A stretch of 64,000 bases of DNA, taken from NCBI GenBank assembly GCA_002733105.1, contig NVUI01000008.1:50507-114506 (forward strand). The letters run 5' to 3'. Positions within the stretch are counted from its first letter, which is position 1; each line of letters opens with the position of its first letter. This document shows positions 47,360 to 58,267 of this stretch, piece by piece. The translations under genes were made by a program, and so were the position numbers. The notes beneath the pieces were generated by a model that was not told the origin of the DNA, did not search any database, and saw only the letters and a list, made by a program, of their open reading frames with translations. Origin of the DNA: Methylophaga sp. (GTDB lineage: Bacteria; Pseudomonadota; Gammaproteobacteria; Nitrosococcales; Methylophagaceae).

Positions 47360-48841
47360 TTATTTTCCACCCAATAATGAGCCTAAAATACCTCGGACCA
47401 ATTTACGTCCTACTTGTCCACCAATGGCTCGCATAGCACTTTTCATAAAGGCTTCCATCACGGATTGTCTTTGCCGACCACCAGTAGATTTTTTTGCTTT
47501 TTTACGTTCTTTTTCTTGGGCAACAGCCACCTCTTCAGCCTGCTGTTTTTTAGCTTGCTGTTCTGTACGTTTAGCTAAAATCTCAAAAGCTGACTCTCTA
47601 TCAACCATTTTTTCATAAACCCCTGCCACTAATGAATTCGACATTAATACTCTGCGTTGGCTGGCATCAATTGGCCCAATTTGGCTTTTTGGTGGTTTAA
47701 TTAATGTGCGTTCAACCACTTGTGGTCGGCCTTTTCGATCCAGCAATGAAACTAGTGCCTCCCCGACGCCCAACTCTGTAATCACATCTCGGGTATTGAG
47801 TCTTGGGTTATCACGAAAGGTTTCAGCTGCAGCCCTCACTGCTTTTTGATCTCGGGCTGTATACGCTCGTAAAGCATGCTGGATCCGATTACCTAACTGC
47901 CCTAATACACTATCTGGAATATCAGTTGGATTTTGAGTAACAAAATAGACTCCCACCCCTTTAGAGCGGATCAAACGTACCACTTGTTCCACTTTATCTA
48001 ACAATGCTTTGGGTGCATCTTTAAAAATCAAATGTGCTTCATCAAAGAACATAATTAATTTAGGTTTATCCTGGTCCCCCACTTCTGGAAGCTGTTCAAA
48101 TAATTCTGACATTAACCACAATAAAAAGGTGCTATAGAGCTGTGGTGAGTTCATTAGTTGATTCGCCACCAGCATATTAATAATACCTTTGCCATCTTCA
48201 TCAGTTTGCATTAAATCATCTAGATTCAATACAGGCTCAGCAAATAATTGGTCGCCACCTTGATCTTCCAGAGAGATCAATCGACGTTGAATAGCACCCA
48301 CACTGGCAGCAGAAACATTACCATATAGAGTACGAAATTCTTTTGCATTATCAGACACAAATTTAAGCATCGCTCTAAGATCTTTAAGATCAAGCAATAG
48401 CCAACCATTATCATCTGCCACTCGGAATACCAGTGATAACACTCCGCTTTGAGTATCATTGAGATTCAACAATCGAGACAATAATAAGGGGCCCATATCA
48501 GAAATAGTCGTTCTAACAGGATGACCTTGTTTACCAAATACATCCCAAAAAATTGCCGGGAAACCTTGAAAACTAAAATCATCTAAATGCATGATTTCAA
48601 CTCGCTCAGCCACTTTAGGATGCTCCCTACCCGGCTGCGTGACACCCGATACATCGCCTTTAATATCAGCTAAAAAGACTGGCACGCCCATTTCGCTAAA
48701 ACCTTCAGCAAGACCCTGCATGGTAATCGTTTTCCCCGTACCCGTTGCACCGGCAATTAAACCATGACGATTAGCCATACTAGACAACAAACCTATAGCT
48801 TGGCCCTCATCACTTTGCCCGATAAATATTGTTTCTTCCAC
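47360..48841 (-). CDS. HerA-like ATPase, DUF853 family (YjgR-like)
   Basis: MANRHGLIAGATGTGKT Walker A and MFFDEAH Walker B, with a basic C-terminal tail. It is colinear with E. coli YjgR as remembered. Confidence 0.85.
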   Translation of the reverse strand: MEETIFIGQSDEGQAIGLLSSMANRHGLIAGATGTGKTITMQGLAEGFSEMGVPVFLADIKGDVSGVTQPGREHPKVAERVEIMHLDDFSFQGFPAIFWDVFGKQGHPVRTTISDMGPLLLSRLLNLNDTQSGVLSLVFRVADDNGWLLLDLKDLRAMLKFVSDNAKEFRTLYGNVSAASVGAIQRRLISLEDQGGDQLFAEPVLNLDDLMQTDEDGKGIINMLVANQLMNSPQLYSTFLLWLMSELFEQLPEVGDQDKPKLIMFFDEAHLIFKDAPKALLDKVEQVVRLIRSKGVGVYFVTQNPTDIPDSVLGQLGNRIQHALRAYTARDQKAVRAAAETFRDNPRLNTRDVITELGVGEALVSLLDRKGRPQVVERTLIKPPKSQIGPIDASQRRVLMSNSLVAGVYEKMVDRESAFEILAKRTEQQAKKQQAEEVAVAQEKERKKAKKSTGGRQRQSVMEAFMKSAMRAIGGQVGRKLVRGILGSLLGGK

Positions 48842-49658
48842 ACCGACACCTTTTTAAATTTCGAGTTATGTAATACTAAGCCATTTTTTGAAAATGGTGA
48901 ATAAATTCAGCTTGTTTTTATTCTAAAGCTCTTGTTTTAAACAGATTTGGAGACTACTTTCAAAACCTCACCAACAAACTACAAACAACTTGACTATACA
49001 TGCTATGACAAATATCACGCACCCATTTATAATTTTCAGTTTATCAAAACTGATAAAAAACGATGAGTCTCATTTCTAGTTACAAATGTAAAGCCTGTGG
49101 GTAGGTATGGTGAACTTTATTATTAAGCAATTTTCCATTTTTATGTTTATTGCGTTTAACTCCATCAGCACTCCATGTGGCCCATTTTTTTTAAAAGAAA
49201 GTTATAACTTTGCTCTAAATATTTAATACCCATCACTCTTTCATAGGTCGAGCTTTACTGCCACCCTCGCCGCCCACAATTACACCCAACCAGACATGAC
49301 TAGGTACTTTTCTCTCATCAAAATACGAAAAAAGTCGATTTTCTCGTTTAGTTAATATTTGATGACAATGTCAGGGTGTTTGTTTGTCTAATAGCATCGA
49401 ATATCTTGTCAATCAATGAGAAATATACCTCTTCATGAAATATATCACTCATTCAATTCACATTAATTTTTTCTGTTTAATCGGCTCTTGTAGTGTAGTG
49501 CTGTAGTTTAAATGAAGCTATTTTTTGTACCTAATAAATATTAGGTTTTATTTTCTCAGCTAGTTATGAGCTGATTATTATTTTAATCCCAAAATTTTTT
49601 CATATCATCATATTAAAACTGCTTTAGACAATTCTTTCCAGTCACACATCACATGAAT

Positions 49659-49677
49659 GATAATAACAATGATTTGC
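49659..49677. promoter_or_regulatory. Fur box upstream of the second TBDR gene
   Basis: gataataacaatgatttgc matches the Fur 19-mer at about 14/19, 150 nt upstream of the ATG at 49829. Confidence 0.55.
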
Positions 49678-49828
49678 ATTAACATCCAAACAATGTACAG
49701 TGTCACTCACTTTATAACGTGTTTATAAAACTGGAATAACAATTAAATGAATACTGAGCCCTAAAATTTATAAGAAAAAATTTTAGCTTGTATGCATCAA
49801 AAATTAATAAGAGTCAGGGGAATTTGTC

Positions 49829-52270
49829 ATGCAAAAAATAAAAAACAGGTTAAAACAGTACTTTAATTGGGTAACGATAAAAAATAGTGTTTTGATGATA
49901 GTCGTTATCATTTTTAATATGACAGTTGTAAATGTTCAAGCCCAAGAAATCGTAACTTACAATATTCCCGCAGGTACTTTAGAAAAAGTACTGTCTCAAT
50001 TTACTGATGAATCTGGCGTTTCCTTTTCTACTGAATCTAAAGTAATTAAAAACAAATTAAGTCAGGGCTTACAAGGTCAATACACTGTTAAGCAAGGTTT
50101 AGGCATCTTGTTAAAAGAAAGCGGTATAGTTTGGCGACTAACAGCAGATAATGCACTGATATTAATATCAGAAAATAATAAGCCAAGTACCATGCGCCTC
50201 ACTCCTATTAAAGTTGTGGGTAACAGAATAGGACATTCAGCTGAAAGTGCAATTTTACGCAAACGAGATGCACCGAATGCTATAACGACGATAGAAGCTG
50301 GTCAACTGAATCAATTTGGTGATCAGCCTCTAGGTGATGCCTTACGTCGTTTACCAGGAGTGACATTTGGGGATGCAAATCGTGCACGTGAAGTTCAGCT
50401 AAGAGCAATCGGTAGTCAGTACACACAGGTTTTAGTAAATAACAGAGCATTAGCCGATGGTAGTTCTAGTCGTTCAGTTCAAGTAGACCGAATTCCGAGT
50501 TCACTCGTTAAACGTGTTGATATCATCCGTGCACCACTGGCAAGTCAAGATGGGCAAGGAGCCGCAGGTACATTAAATATTGTCTGGAAAAATACCGATT
50601 TTACGCCACGAACTGAATTTGGAGTAGGAGGTGGTTACTTGGAAGATACGGCAAGAGTTGGGGATATAACAATCTTACATGCAGGAGAGTCTGGAGCTTT
50701 TCGTTATGCTCTTTTGGGTGGGGTGCAACGCCAGCGTCGTAACGAAAATGAAGATGTCTATGAATTTAAAGGTGACGGTACAGCAGATGGTGGCTCTATC
50801 GAAATCAATGAACGTACTTTCAATCAGGTCAATCTAGTTCCGGCTTTCGAGTTACAACTAGGACAGCAGAATATGTTGCGCTTTGAGCCAAGCTACTTAT
50901 ATACCAAGGAAATTCGTTACAATCCTATTGAAAAGTTAAACGATGATCAGCTTTCCAGCTCTGAAATTAAGGTTAAATTACGAGAGCGTGTGCGTGAAAA
51001 CTTTGGCTTGCTTACATCGTGGCAGCATCAGTTATCATCAGAAAGTGATTTTACATTCAGTATTGACGCACAAAAAGGAAGCGAAAATACAGAACGTGAC
51101 GAAACCAAATTTAAACCAATTGGTGCATTTGATTCTCAAACGCTACGTAGCCAGAAAAAGGAATTTACTCGCTTGAGCCCAGCCATTCGGTTTAACCACT
51201 ATCTTGGTGACCATGATCTAAGTTGGGGTGGCGATTTTAGTCAATCAAAACGCAAAGAAAGTGATATTAAAAATGGTGTTTCTACTGATACCGATACTTT
51301 CAAGATACAAGAAGATCGTTGGAATGGTTTTGCACAAAACATCTGGCAAATAAATGACCAAATGATCTTGACCAGTGGCTTACGACTAGAACAATCATCC
51401 ACAAAAACAACCGACTTTGCTGGTAATAGCAAAACAAAATCAAGTGTGTTTGCATTACCCTCTCTACATATTGTGCATAATCTTGGCGAACAAACTGATG
51501 TACGTTTAGGCGTTGCTAGAACCTTACGCCGGGCAGGATTGGGCGATCTGTCGCCAACGATATCAAATGAAAGTGGCACGCTGGCAGATCCTGATACTGC
51601 CGGTAATTCAGGATTAAAGCCAGAATCTATTTGGGGCATAGATACCGGTATTGATCACTACTTTTATAATGGTGGCGGTATCGCCTCGGTTAATCTATTT
51701 GCACGTGAATTTACTGATAAAATTGAAAATATTAGTACGCTCGAAAATGCTCGTTATGTTTCTCGTCCACAGAATATAGGCGATGGGCGATTATTTGGTA
51801 TTGAGTTCGAGGGGCGTCTGCCTATGACAATGATCGATTTGCCTAACCTTACCTTATGGGGAAACGCTACTTATATAGATTCAGAAGTAGATACATCAAC
51901 AGGCGAAACCAGACGATTCTTAGAACAGCATGATGCCGTAGCCAATATAGGGCTGGATTGGTATGTGGCACCTTGGCATTCGACCTTTAGTATTAGTACA
52001 AATTGGGTCAGTGGTTATGACCAAACGGTTAAAAATAACGATGGCAGTTCAACAAATACAGTTTTATCTTCTTTGGCTAGACTGGATATGTCAGCGCGAA
52101 CAGAACTGAGTAAGGAGGTCTCTCTGAATTTATCTTTACTTAACCTTTTAGCACCTTCACAGACACAGACTGATAGAGTCTTCATGGCTAGTGGTACCTT
52201 GGATTCACGTAGTAAAGCGACTGAAGTAACTTATCGTTCGGTATATCTAAGATTGAATTGGAAGTTCTAA
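49829..52270 (+). CDS. TonB-dependent receptor with N-terminal STN signalling domain (no cognate sigma/anti-sigma nearby)
   Basis: Signal peptide, STN domain (YNIPAGTLEKVLSQFTDESGVSFS..), plug (LGDALRRLPGV, VLVNNR), barrel and terminal ..LRLNWKF. Confidence 0.9.
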   Translation: MQKIKNRLKQYFNWVTIKNSVLMIVVIIFNMTVVNVQAQEIVTYNIPAGTLEKVLSQFTDESGVSFSTESKVIKNKLSQGLQGQYTVKQGLGILLKESGIVWRLTADNALILISENNKPSTMRLTPIKVVGNRIGHSAESAILRKRDAPNAITTIEAGQLNQFGDQPLGDALRRLPGVTFGDANRAREVQLRAIGSQYTQVLVNNRALADGSSSRSVQVDRIPSSLVKRVDIIRAPLASQDGQGAAGTLNIVWKNTDFTPRTEFGVGGGYLEDTARVGDITILHAGESGAFRYALLGGVQRQRRNENEDVYEFKGDGTADGGSIEINERTFNQVNLVPAFELQLGQQNMLRFEPSYLYTKEIRYNPIEKLNDDQLSSSEIKVKLRERVRENFGLLTSWQHQLSSESDFTFSIDAQKGSENTERDETKFKPIGAFDSQTLRSQKKEFTRLSPAIRFNHYLGDHDLSWGGDFSQSKRKESDIKNGVSTDTDTFKIQEDRWNGFAQNIWQINDQMILTSGLRLEQSSTKTTDFAGNSKTKSSVFALPSLHIVHNLGEQTDVRLGVARTLRRAGLGDLSPTISNESGTLADPDTAGNSGLKPESIWGIDTGIDHYFYNGGGIASVNLFAREFTDKIENISTLENARYVSRPQNIGDGRLFGIEFEGRLPMTMIDLPNLTLWGNATYIDSEVDTSTGETRRFLEQHDAVANIGLDWYVAPWHSTFSISTNWVSGYDQTVKNNDGSSTNTVLSSLARLDMSARTELSKEVSLNLSLLNLLAPSQTQTDRVFMASGTLDSRSKATEVTYRSVYLRLNWKF

Positions 52271-52301
52271 AATCGATCTAAAAGCTTATAAGCATATTGC
52301 C

Positions 52302-52577
52302 ATGCCAAATAGGAAAGCTTGGATGTGGATACACCGATATCTAGGACTTGGCATGGCAGGATCCCTAATATTATCTGCAAGCACCGGCGTTTTTATTACC
52401 TTTGAACACAAAGTTGCACAGTACGGTTTTCTTCAAGGAAGCATTGCAGACAAGTTGTTGTTTTTACAGTTACCCTTACATTCTGGAAAAATTTTTGGCC
52501 CTATTGGACAAGGAATCATGATCTGGTGGAAAAAACATAAATACCGATTATCTTACAATACGGGAGGTCGATTCTGA
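52302..52577 (+). pseudogene. collapsed PepSY-associated TM (PiuB-like) gene remnant
   Basis: The 91-aa ORF keeps only the first TM motif (W.WIHRYLGLGMAG.L.....TG) and the last LH.G...G..G motif of a family that is normally several-fold longer. Confidence 0.5.
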
Positions 52578-52682
52578 TAAAATTCGTCATCTATTCTGGC
52601 AGTAATAACTGACGTAACTTCAATCTCCTTTAGTTCTCTAAGCAGCACTCTTTAATAAACATATAATGCTATGATTTTAAAG

Positions 52683-54428
52683 TTATTGATAGACTAACAA
52701 CTCTGCCAATCCTGTTTCTCGCTGATGTTGTGTGGTTACTGTTTTACTAAGAATTTCTTCACTACACAATAGCATTACTTGTTTCTTTGCTCTAGTAATG
52801 GCGGTGTACAATAGTTCTCGGGTCAATAACGGGCTTTCTTCTTCCGCTAACAACACAAGCACATTATCAAATTCAGAACCTTGGCTTTTATGAATGGTAA
52901 TCGCATAGGCCGTTTCATGCGCTGGCAAACGAGCTAGATCAAACCAATGCAATACATTATCAAATATAAAACAAGCTCGTAATTCACCTGATTCGTCACG
53001 CAGGATCACACCCGTATCACCATTAAACAAATGTTGGCGATGATCATTTTGTATTACCATAATTGGTCGACCATGATAAAAATCCTGCTTAGTTCGCCAA
53101 CCTTGTTTTTGAATCACTCTTTCAATTAACCCATTCACTGACTGAACAGATTGAGAGCCATTTTTTAATGCACACAACACACGCTGTTGTTCAAATAATT
53201 GTAGGCAAGTTAGTGCATCAGCACCACTGTTAACTGCATCAAAAAAGGGCTGATAAAGTGCTGTAACGCTAGCTAATATGCTGTTAGGATCACATTGTTG
53301 TTGCCACAGAGATGTTTGAGCTGTTGAAATCACCTCAAACACAGATTGAAGATTGCCTGACTGCACCGCTGTTGCTAATCGACCTATATCACTTTGTTGT
53401 TCAAAACGATAACTATGTTGCAGCTCAACTACGCCATCAATCAAAACCGTATTATGCTGGCTGGCATTGATTTTAATATCTGTCACTGCAGCCAAATCAC
53501 TACAAAACCCAGTTGAAAATGACATATGTTGTTGGCATAAGTTTGCCAACACGGCACCCGATTCCACCGAGGCTAATTGTTGACTATCACCCAGTAATAC
53601 AACACGTGCTTTTACTGGCAAAGATTTCATTAATATTGCCATTAAGCTGATATCAATCATTGAGGCTTCATCAATGATCACAATATCTACTGGTAAAGGT
53701 TGTTGTGCATTATATCGACCTTGTTGATTATCGATGGTAATACCTAATAGTCGATGCAATGTTTTAGCCTCAAGTGACTCAAAGCCACTGTTATTGATGG
53801 CTTGTTGTAATCTTGCTGCTGCCTTACCTGTCGGTGCAGTTAGTGCAACTTTAAATTGCTTGTTTTGGGTAAATAACATAGATAACAGTCGTAACACTAT
53901 CGTTGTTTTACCCGTACCCGGCCCACCAGAAATAACACTAAATTGACGTGTTAAAGCCATAAACACCGCCACTTTTTGCCAATCTATACCTTCAATATTA
54001 CTTGGCCAATTTGCAAATTCCTGTTGAATTTGTTGTTGATTAATCAGTGATATTGACTGACATCTGTGCCGAATAGCGTTGGCTACATTTTGCTCATCAA
54101 GCCAATAACGATATAAATAAAGCAAGCCTTGATCGGTCAAAATTAACGGGGTAAAGTCACCTGCTTCGCCCACAACATGGCTTTGCTTTAATCGCTGCAC
54201 CCATTCTGCTAGCTGTTCAGGTAAAGCTAATGAAACATAGGCTTCATTATCTATGACATGAGCTAGGTTTAAACACACATGGCCTTTGCTGTTAGCATCA
54301 CTCAATAACGCTGCTGTGATAGCAATTAATGGATCATCCGTTTTATCTAATCGAGCAATAAATTGAGCAAATTGACAAGCTAATTCGCCAAAGCCTAGTG
54401 GTCGAAGAGCAGCTATTAATTTTGTCAT
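52683..54428 (-). CDS. recD: exodeoxyribonuclease V subunit alpha RecD
   Basis: SGGPGTGKTT, VIIDEASMID, LGD..QL.SV and TIHKSQGSEF motifs. It overlaps the recB stop by 4 nt. Confidence 0.93.
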   Translation of the reverse strand: MTKLIAALRPLGFGELACQFAQFIARLDKTDDPLIAITAALLSDANSKGHVCLNLAHVIDNEAYVSLALPEQLAEWVQRLKQSHVVGEAGDFTPLILTDQGLLYLYRYWLDEQNVANAIRHRCQSISLINQQQIQQEFANWPSNIEGIDWQKVAVFMALTRQFSVISGGPGTGKTTIVLRLLSMLFTQNKQFKVALTAPTGKAAARLQQAINNSGFESLEAKTLHRLLGITIDNQQGRYNAQQPLPVDIVIIDEASMIDISLMAILMKSLPVKARVVLLGDSQQLASVESGAVLANLCQQHMSFSTGFCSDLAAVTDIKINASQHNTVLIDGVVELQHSYRFEQQSDIGRLATAVQSGNLQSVFEVISTAQTSLWQQQCDPNSILASVTALYQPFFDAVNSGADALTCLQLFEQQRVLCALKNGSQSVQSVNGLIERVIQKQGWRTKQDFYHGRPIMVIQNDHRQHLFNGDTGVILRDESGELRACFIFDNVLHWFDLARLPAHETAYAITIHKSQGSEFDNVLVLLAEEESPLLTRELLYTAITRAKKQVMLLCSEEILSKTVTTQHQRETGLAELLVYQ

Positions 54429-57400
54429 AGCTCAGCGCCATCGCTATCTTGCAGACAAGCATCAAACTTTTCTAGTAAGGCCATATCAAGCTTGTCATAA
54501 AAGATACCCGCTTGCCCCCACTCAGATTTCATCCCTCTAATAAATAAGTAATACACACCACCCAAATGTATTTCAGGATCATAATCAGCCAATCTTAATT
54601 TTAAGTAACGATGTAATGCCAGACTATAAATTAAATATTGTAATGGGTAATCATGTGCCACCATGGCATCATCTAACTGTTCGGCTTGATAATCAGTTTC
54701 AGTATTACCTAAGTGATTAGATTTGTAATCCACCACATAAAATTTACCTTCATGTTCAAATACTAGATCAATAAAACCTTTCATAAACCCAGTCAGAGAA
54801 GCAAAGCTCAAACGTTTAATCACTGTCGCTAAAGTCGAATCAACTGCTAATAGTGGCAATAGCGCTTTTTGTAAATTATTAACGGATAGAGTAGCCACCG
54901 GAAAATAAAATGCCAACTCATCCAGCCGTGTTGCGGGTGTTAAAATAGACAGTGCAACTCCAGAGTTATTTAATGGCGTAGCCACCACCTCTTCCACCCA
55001 TTGAACAACGACGGTCACCCATTGTTCATCAAAACCATATTGTAATAAAGTACGTGAAACCAAGCTTTGTAAAGCATCATCATCTTGGCTAGTGAAATCC
55101 CATAATTCATAGATAGCATGCAAACACGTACCGGCTTGTGCACCCCGTGGAAAACCAAACCGATCCATCTTACGTGTCTGGGCTATTGGCGCAATAACAA
55201 TAGCGTCGCCAGCATCATAATCTGGTAACTCAGCATCATGCCCTCTGGTTAATGCACTAAAGCTACCAATACGCCATGGTTGTTGAATTGTGCCCTTAAA
55301 GTCTTTGGCTACTAATGTTTTTGTTTGACCATCTGCGCCAAGATAATGTGTCATATCATCAATATGTAGTGGCTCAACTGAAATGGTATTGTTACTTGCT
55401 TGAGCTAATTGAGTTAAATCTTCAAGCATTAATGTATTATCTGCTTTATCCAAACCAGAATGCAGCAAACTGAATAACGCCGATTGACCAACATTTTTAA
55501 CATCAGCCCAAATCAGCACACAGCGTTCACGTGCTCGGGTTAATGCAACATATAACAAACGTAAATCCTCAGCTTGTTCTTCTATGGTGACAGATGTTGC
55601 TGCTTGGCTTAACGCTGGCTCTGAAAAAGCAACACTGGCAGTATTTTCCTGATCATCTTGATGAAAAGTAATCACTTTATTTTCAGCTGCACGCAAATTG
55701 GCATCCCACAAAAATGGGCAAAACACGATGGGATATTCCAATCCCTTACTTTTATGAATAGTAATTATTTTGACTAACTGCTCATCACTTTCAAGTCTTA
55801 ATTGAGCCGTATCATCATTATCATTAGTTGATTGTCTATGACTAGCTAACCAGTGCAACACGGTTTCAATCCCTTCGCCTTGTTGACTACAATGATCTTG
55901 GATCAATTCAGCTAAATGCAATAAGTTAGTTAACTGTCGCTCGCCATCAGGCAGGGACAACAACCGCTGCTGCACAGATTGTGATGTGGAAGCAGTCACT
56001 AATAAGTGCCTAAACAAACGCATAAAACCATGTTTCAGCCAAAGCTGATGCAAATCATAAAAGAAATTAAGTTGCTCAAGCCATAGCGTCTCATCTTGCT
56101 GAAGTTGGTATAAATCTGTTGCACTGAGCCCCCACAAACTAGTGGTGAGTGCTGCGCTTATTCTAGCCTCATTATTAGGTTCCTCAATGGCTAATAACAC
56201 ACGTTCCAACACCTGAGCTTCTGTAGAATTAAATACATTTTCTCTACCTTGTTGCACGCTGTTAATACCACGTGCTTGCAAGCAATGTTGAATCGCATGT
56301 GCTTGCCGATGATTGCGTACTAATACGGCGATATCACCACCGGTTAATGATTGCAATTGCTGAGATTGCTCATCTAATAAATTCGCCTGTCCCCCTTGGG
56401 CAAGGTTTAATAATTTGGCTATTTCATCAGCAGTCACATTAGCAGCAATGGTTGTTAAGTCTTTCTTGCTCATTGACTTGGCACTGTCTGCCCACAAAAT
56501 TTGTAACGGTGTACTGTCTCCATTAGCCAGCTGCAATACATCATGCGATTCACGTGCTGCATCTACAGTTTGAAAAGGAATATCTTTATATATAAATGGC
56601 TCCGAGTGGCGACTAAATATCTTGTTCACTGCTGACACCAAATGGGGGTGAGAACGCCAGTTTGTCGACAGAGTATGTTTTAATTTTGCTGCCGATTTTG
56701 CTTGCAAATAAGTGAAGATATCAGCGCCCCGAAAGCTATAAATAGCTTGCTTGGGATCACCCACCAGGAATGTAATCAAATCACTGTCTGAAAATAATCG
56801 GCTAAAACTGGCATATTGAATCGGATCAGTATCTTGAAATTCATCAATCAATGCTGCTTGATATTGTGCTTGTAACTGTTCCACCAGCCAATCACCTTGG
56901 CGACCTTTAAGTGCTTGTTCAAGGTTCAATAACAAGTCGTCATAGGACAAAATTTGTTGTTGCTGTTTTTGTTGTGGCACCACTTCACGACAGTATGCTA
57001 ATAATTTCAGTCGTAATGCCTGACGTTGTAACTCTCGTCCTTGTTGAAGCTGTTGGTGTTGTTCTAATAACAACTCACACGCTAACCAAAAATCAAGCAG
57101 TGGTAACACCTGATCTTTTTTAAGTGCGTCTGCTAATTTTGCTGGAGTGAAGCGTTCAAAGCCATCAAATAAGCCTTGTTTCATTTCAGGCTGTGAAAGT
57201 AAACTTTCTAAATTACCCAACCATTTTGCAACACTAGTAGTGCGATACTTATTACCGTTGAGTAATGCTTTATTGTGTAGTGCGGCAATGACATCATCTT
57301 GTTCTGTTTGCCACAACTTTTTAATACGCTCAAACTGTGTTTGTACTTGTTGAACCAATTGTTCTACATTCACTTCTACTACTGGCAAGCAATTCAAATA

Positions 57401-57940
57401 AGGTTTAGCAATAATACTGCGTACTGATTGCAGCAATGTTTCTGAGCTTTCTTTTTTAGATAGTAAATAAGCCACAAAATCTTTATCGGCGGTGGTCACT
57501 TCTTTACGCCAAAAATCATCGGCTACCGATTGCAATAACTCGCCATCATCACCTATCAAGTCCAAGTCAAAACGCAAACCACTTTCAAAAGCATAATCAC
57601 CTAACACGCGTTGGCAAAAACCATGAATAGTGAAAATAGCTGCTTCATCAAAGCTTTGAATAGCTAAATTAAGTTTTTTTAGCTCATGTTGTTTGGGTCC
57701 TATTTGGCTTAGTCGCTGATCGCGTGCATCCACTAATTTTTGGCGTAAGCGATCTCGTAACTCCTCTGTTGCAGCCCGAGTGTATGTCACCACTAAAATT
57801 TGATCGACGGTTAAGTCTTGCTCAAGTATTAAGCGTAAATATAATTCTGCCAGCGTATAAGTTTTGCCCGTTCCGGCACTGGCTTCAATTAAATTGAGGC
57901 CTTGTAAAGCAACTGTGTTGACATCAAAAATAGTAAACAT
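54425..57940 (-). CDS. recB: exodeoxyribonuclease V subunit beta RecB
   Basis: EASAGTGKTYT, IDEFQDTDP, TIHKSKGLEYP and a C-terminal nuclease block (GFIDLVFEHEGKFYVVDYKSN). The size is 1171 aa. Confidence 0.95.
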   Translation of the reverse strand: MFTIFDVNTVALQGLNLIEASAGTGKTYTLAELYLRLILEQDLTVDQILVVTYTRAATEELRDRLRQKLVDARDQRLSQIGPKQHELKKLNLAIQSFDEAAIFTIHGFCQRVLGDYAFESGLRFDLDLIGDDGELLQSVADDFWRKEVTTADKDFVAYLLSKKESSETLLQSVRSIIAKPYLNCLPVVEVNVEQLVQQVQTQFERIKKLWQTEQDDVIAALHNKALLNGNKYRTTSVAKWLGNLESLLSQPEMKQGLFDGFERFTPAKLADALKKDQVLPLLDFWLACELLLEQHQQLQQGRELQRQALRLKLLAYCREVVPQQKQQQQILSYDDLLLNLEQALKGRQGDWLVEQLQAQYQAALIDEFQDTDPIQYASFSRLFSDSDLITFLVGDPKQAIYSFRGADIFTYLQAKSAAKLKHTLSTNWRSHPHLVSAVNKIFSRHSEPFIYKDIPFQTVDAARESHDVLQLANGDSTPLQILWADSAKSMSKKDLTTIAANVTADEIAKLLNLAQGGQANLLDEQSQQLQSLTGGDIAVLVRNHRQAHAIQHCLQARGINSVQQGRENVFNSTEAQVLERVLLAIEEPNNEARISAALTTSLWGLSATDLYQLQQDETLWLEQLNFFYDLHQLWLKHGFMRLFRHLLVTASTSQSVQQRLLSLPDGERQLTNLLHLAELIQDHCSQQGEGIETVLHWLASHRQSTNDNDDTAQLRLESDEQLVKIITIHKSKGLEYPIVFCPFLWDANLRAAENKVITFHQDDQENTASVAFSEPALSQAATSVTIEEQAEDLRLLYVALTRARERCVLIWADVKNVGQSALFSLLHSGLDKADNTLMLEDLTQLAQASNNTISVEPLHIDDMTHYLGADGQTKTLVAKDFKGTIQQPWRIGSFSALTRGHDAELPDYDAGDAIVIAPIAQTRKMDRFGFPRGAQAGTCLHAIYELWDFTSQDDDALQSLVSRTLLQYGFDEQWVTVVVQWVEEVVATPLNNSGVALSILTPATRLDELAFYFPVATLSVNNLQKALLPLLAVDSTLATVIKRLSFASLTGFMKGFIDLVFEHEGKFYVVDYKSNHLGNTETDYQAEQLDDAMVAHDYPLQYLIYSLALHRYLKLRLADYDPEIHLGGVYYLFIRGMKSEWGQAGIFYDKLDMALLEKFDACLQDSDGAEL

Positions 57941-57951
57941 TGGTCAACATC

Positions 57952-58263
57952 TCAGTAATCAATACTTCGGTTTGCTAGGTGAATATTGGGCACCATATTT
58001 TTATGAAGAACAGCATAGAACAATACATATTGTTGTTGTATTAAGTAATAAATAACATGGCTTGCATGAGGGAAACTAAAGGTATCAACTGAAATATCAG
58101 CTCTTTTTATGCCCATTTTAGGTGCTTCTGCTAATAAAATGATTGTTTGTTGTAAATCTAACAGATATTTTTCAGACTGCTGAACACTCCAGTGTTTTAG
58201 GGTGTAATGCCGAATCTTAATAAGATCTGCTTGAGCATCGGTAGTAAATCGATACTTTGCCAT
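57952..58263 (-). CDS. parE: ParE/RelE-family type II toxin
   Basis: The 103-aa form starting at MAKYRF (ATG 58263, 4 nt after the antitoxin stop) has ..A..DL..I..Y......S...KY...L......LAE.P..G......S....SFP...HVIYY......V.FYAVLH..M. Confidence 0.8.
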   Translation of the reverse strand: MAKYRFTTDAQADLIKIRHYTLKHWSVQQSEKYLLDLQQTIILLAEAPKMGIKRADISVDTFSFPHASHVIYYLIQQQYVLFYAVLHKNMVPNIHLANRSIDY

Positions 58264-58267
58264 AAGC

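Noticed and set aside
49240-49310. GC-rich patch considered as a riboswitch (for example cobalamin) controlling the TBDR gene
   Set aside because: I could not find a B12-box or other riboswitch core motif. The patch is more than 500 nt from the TBDR start, with the Fur-box promoter module lying between them.
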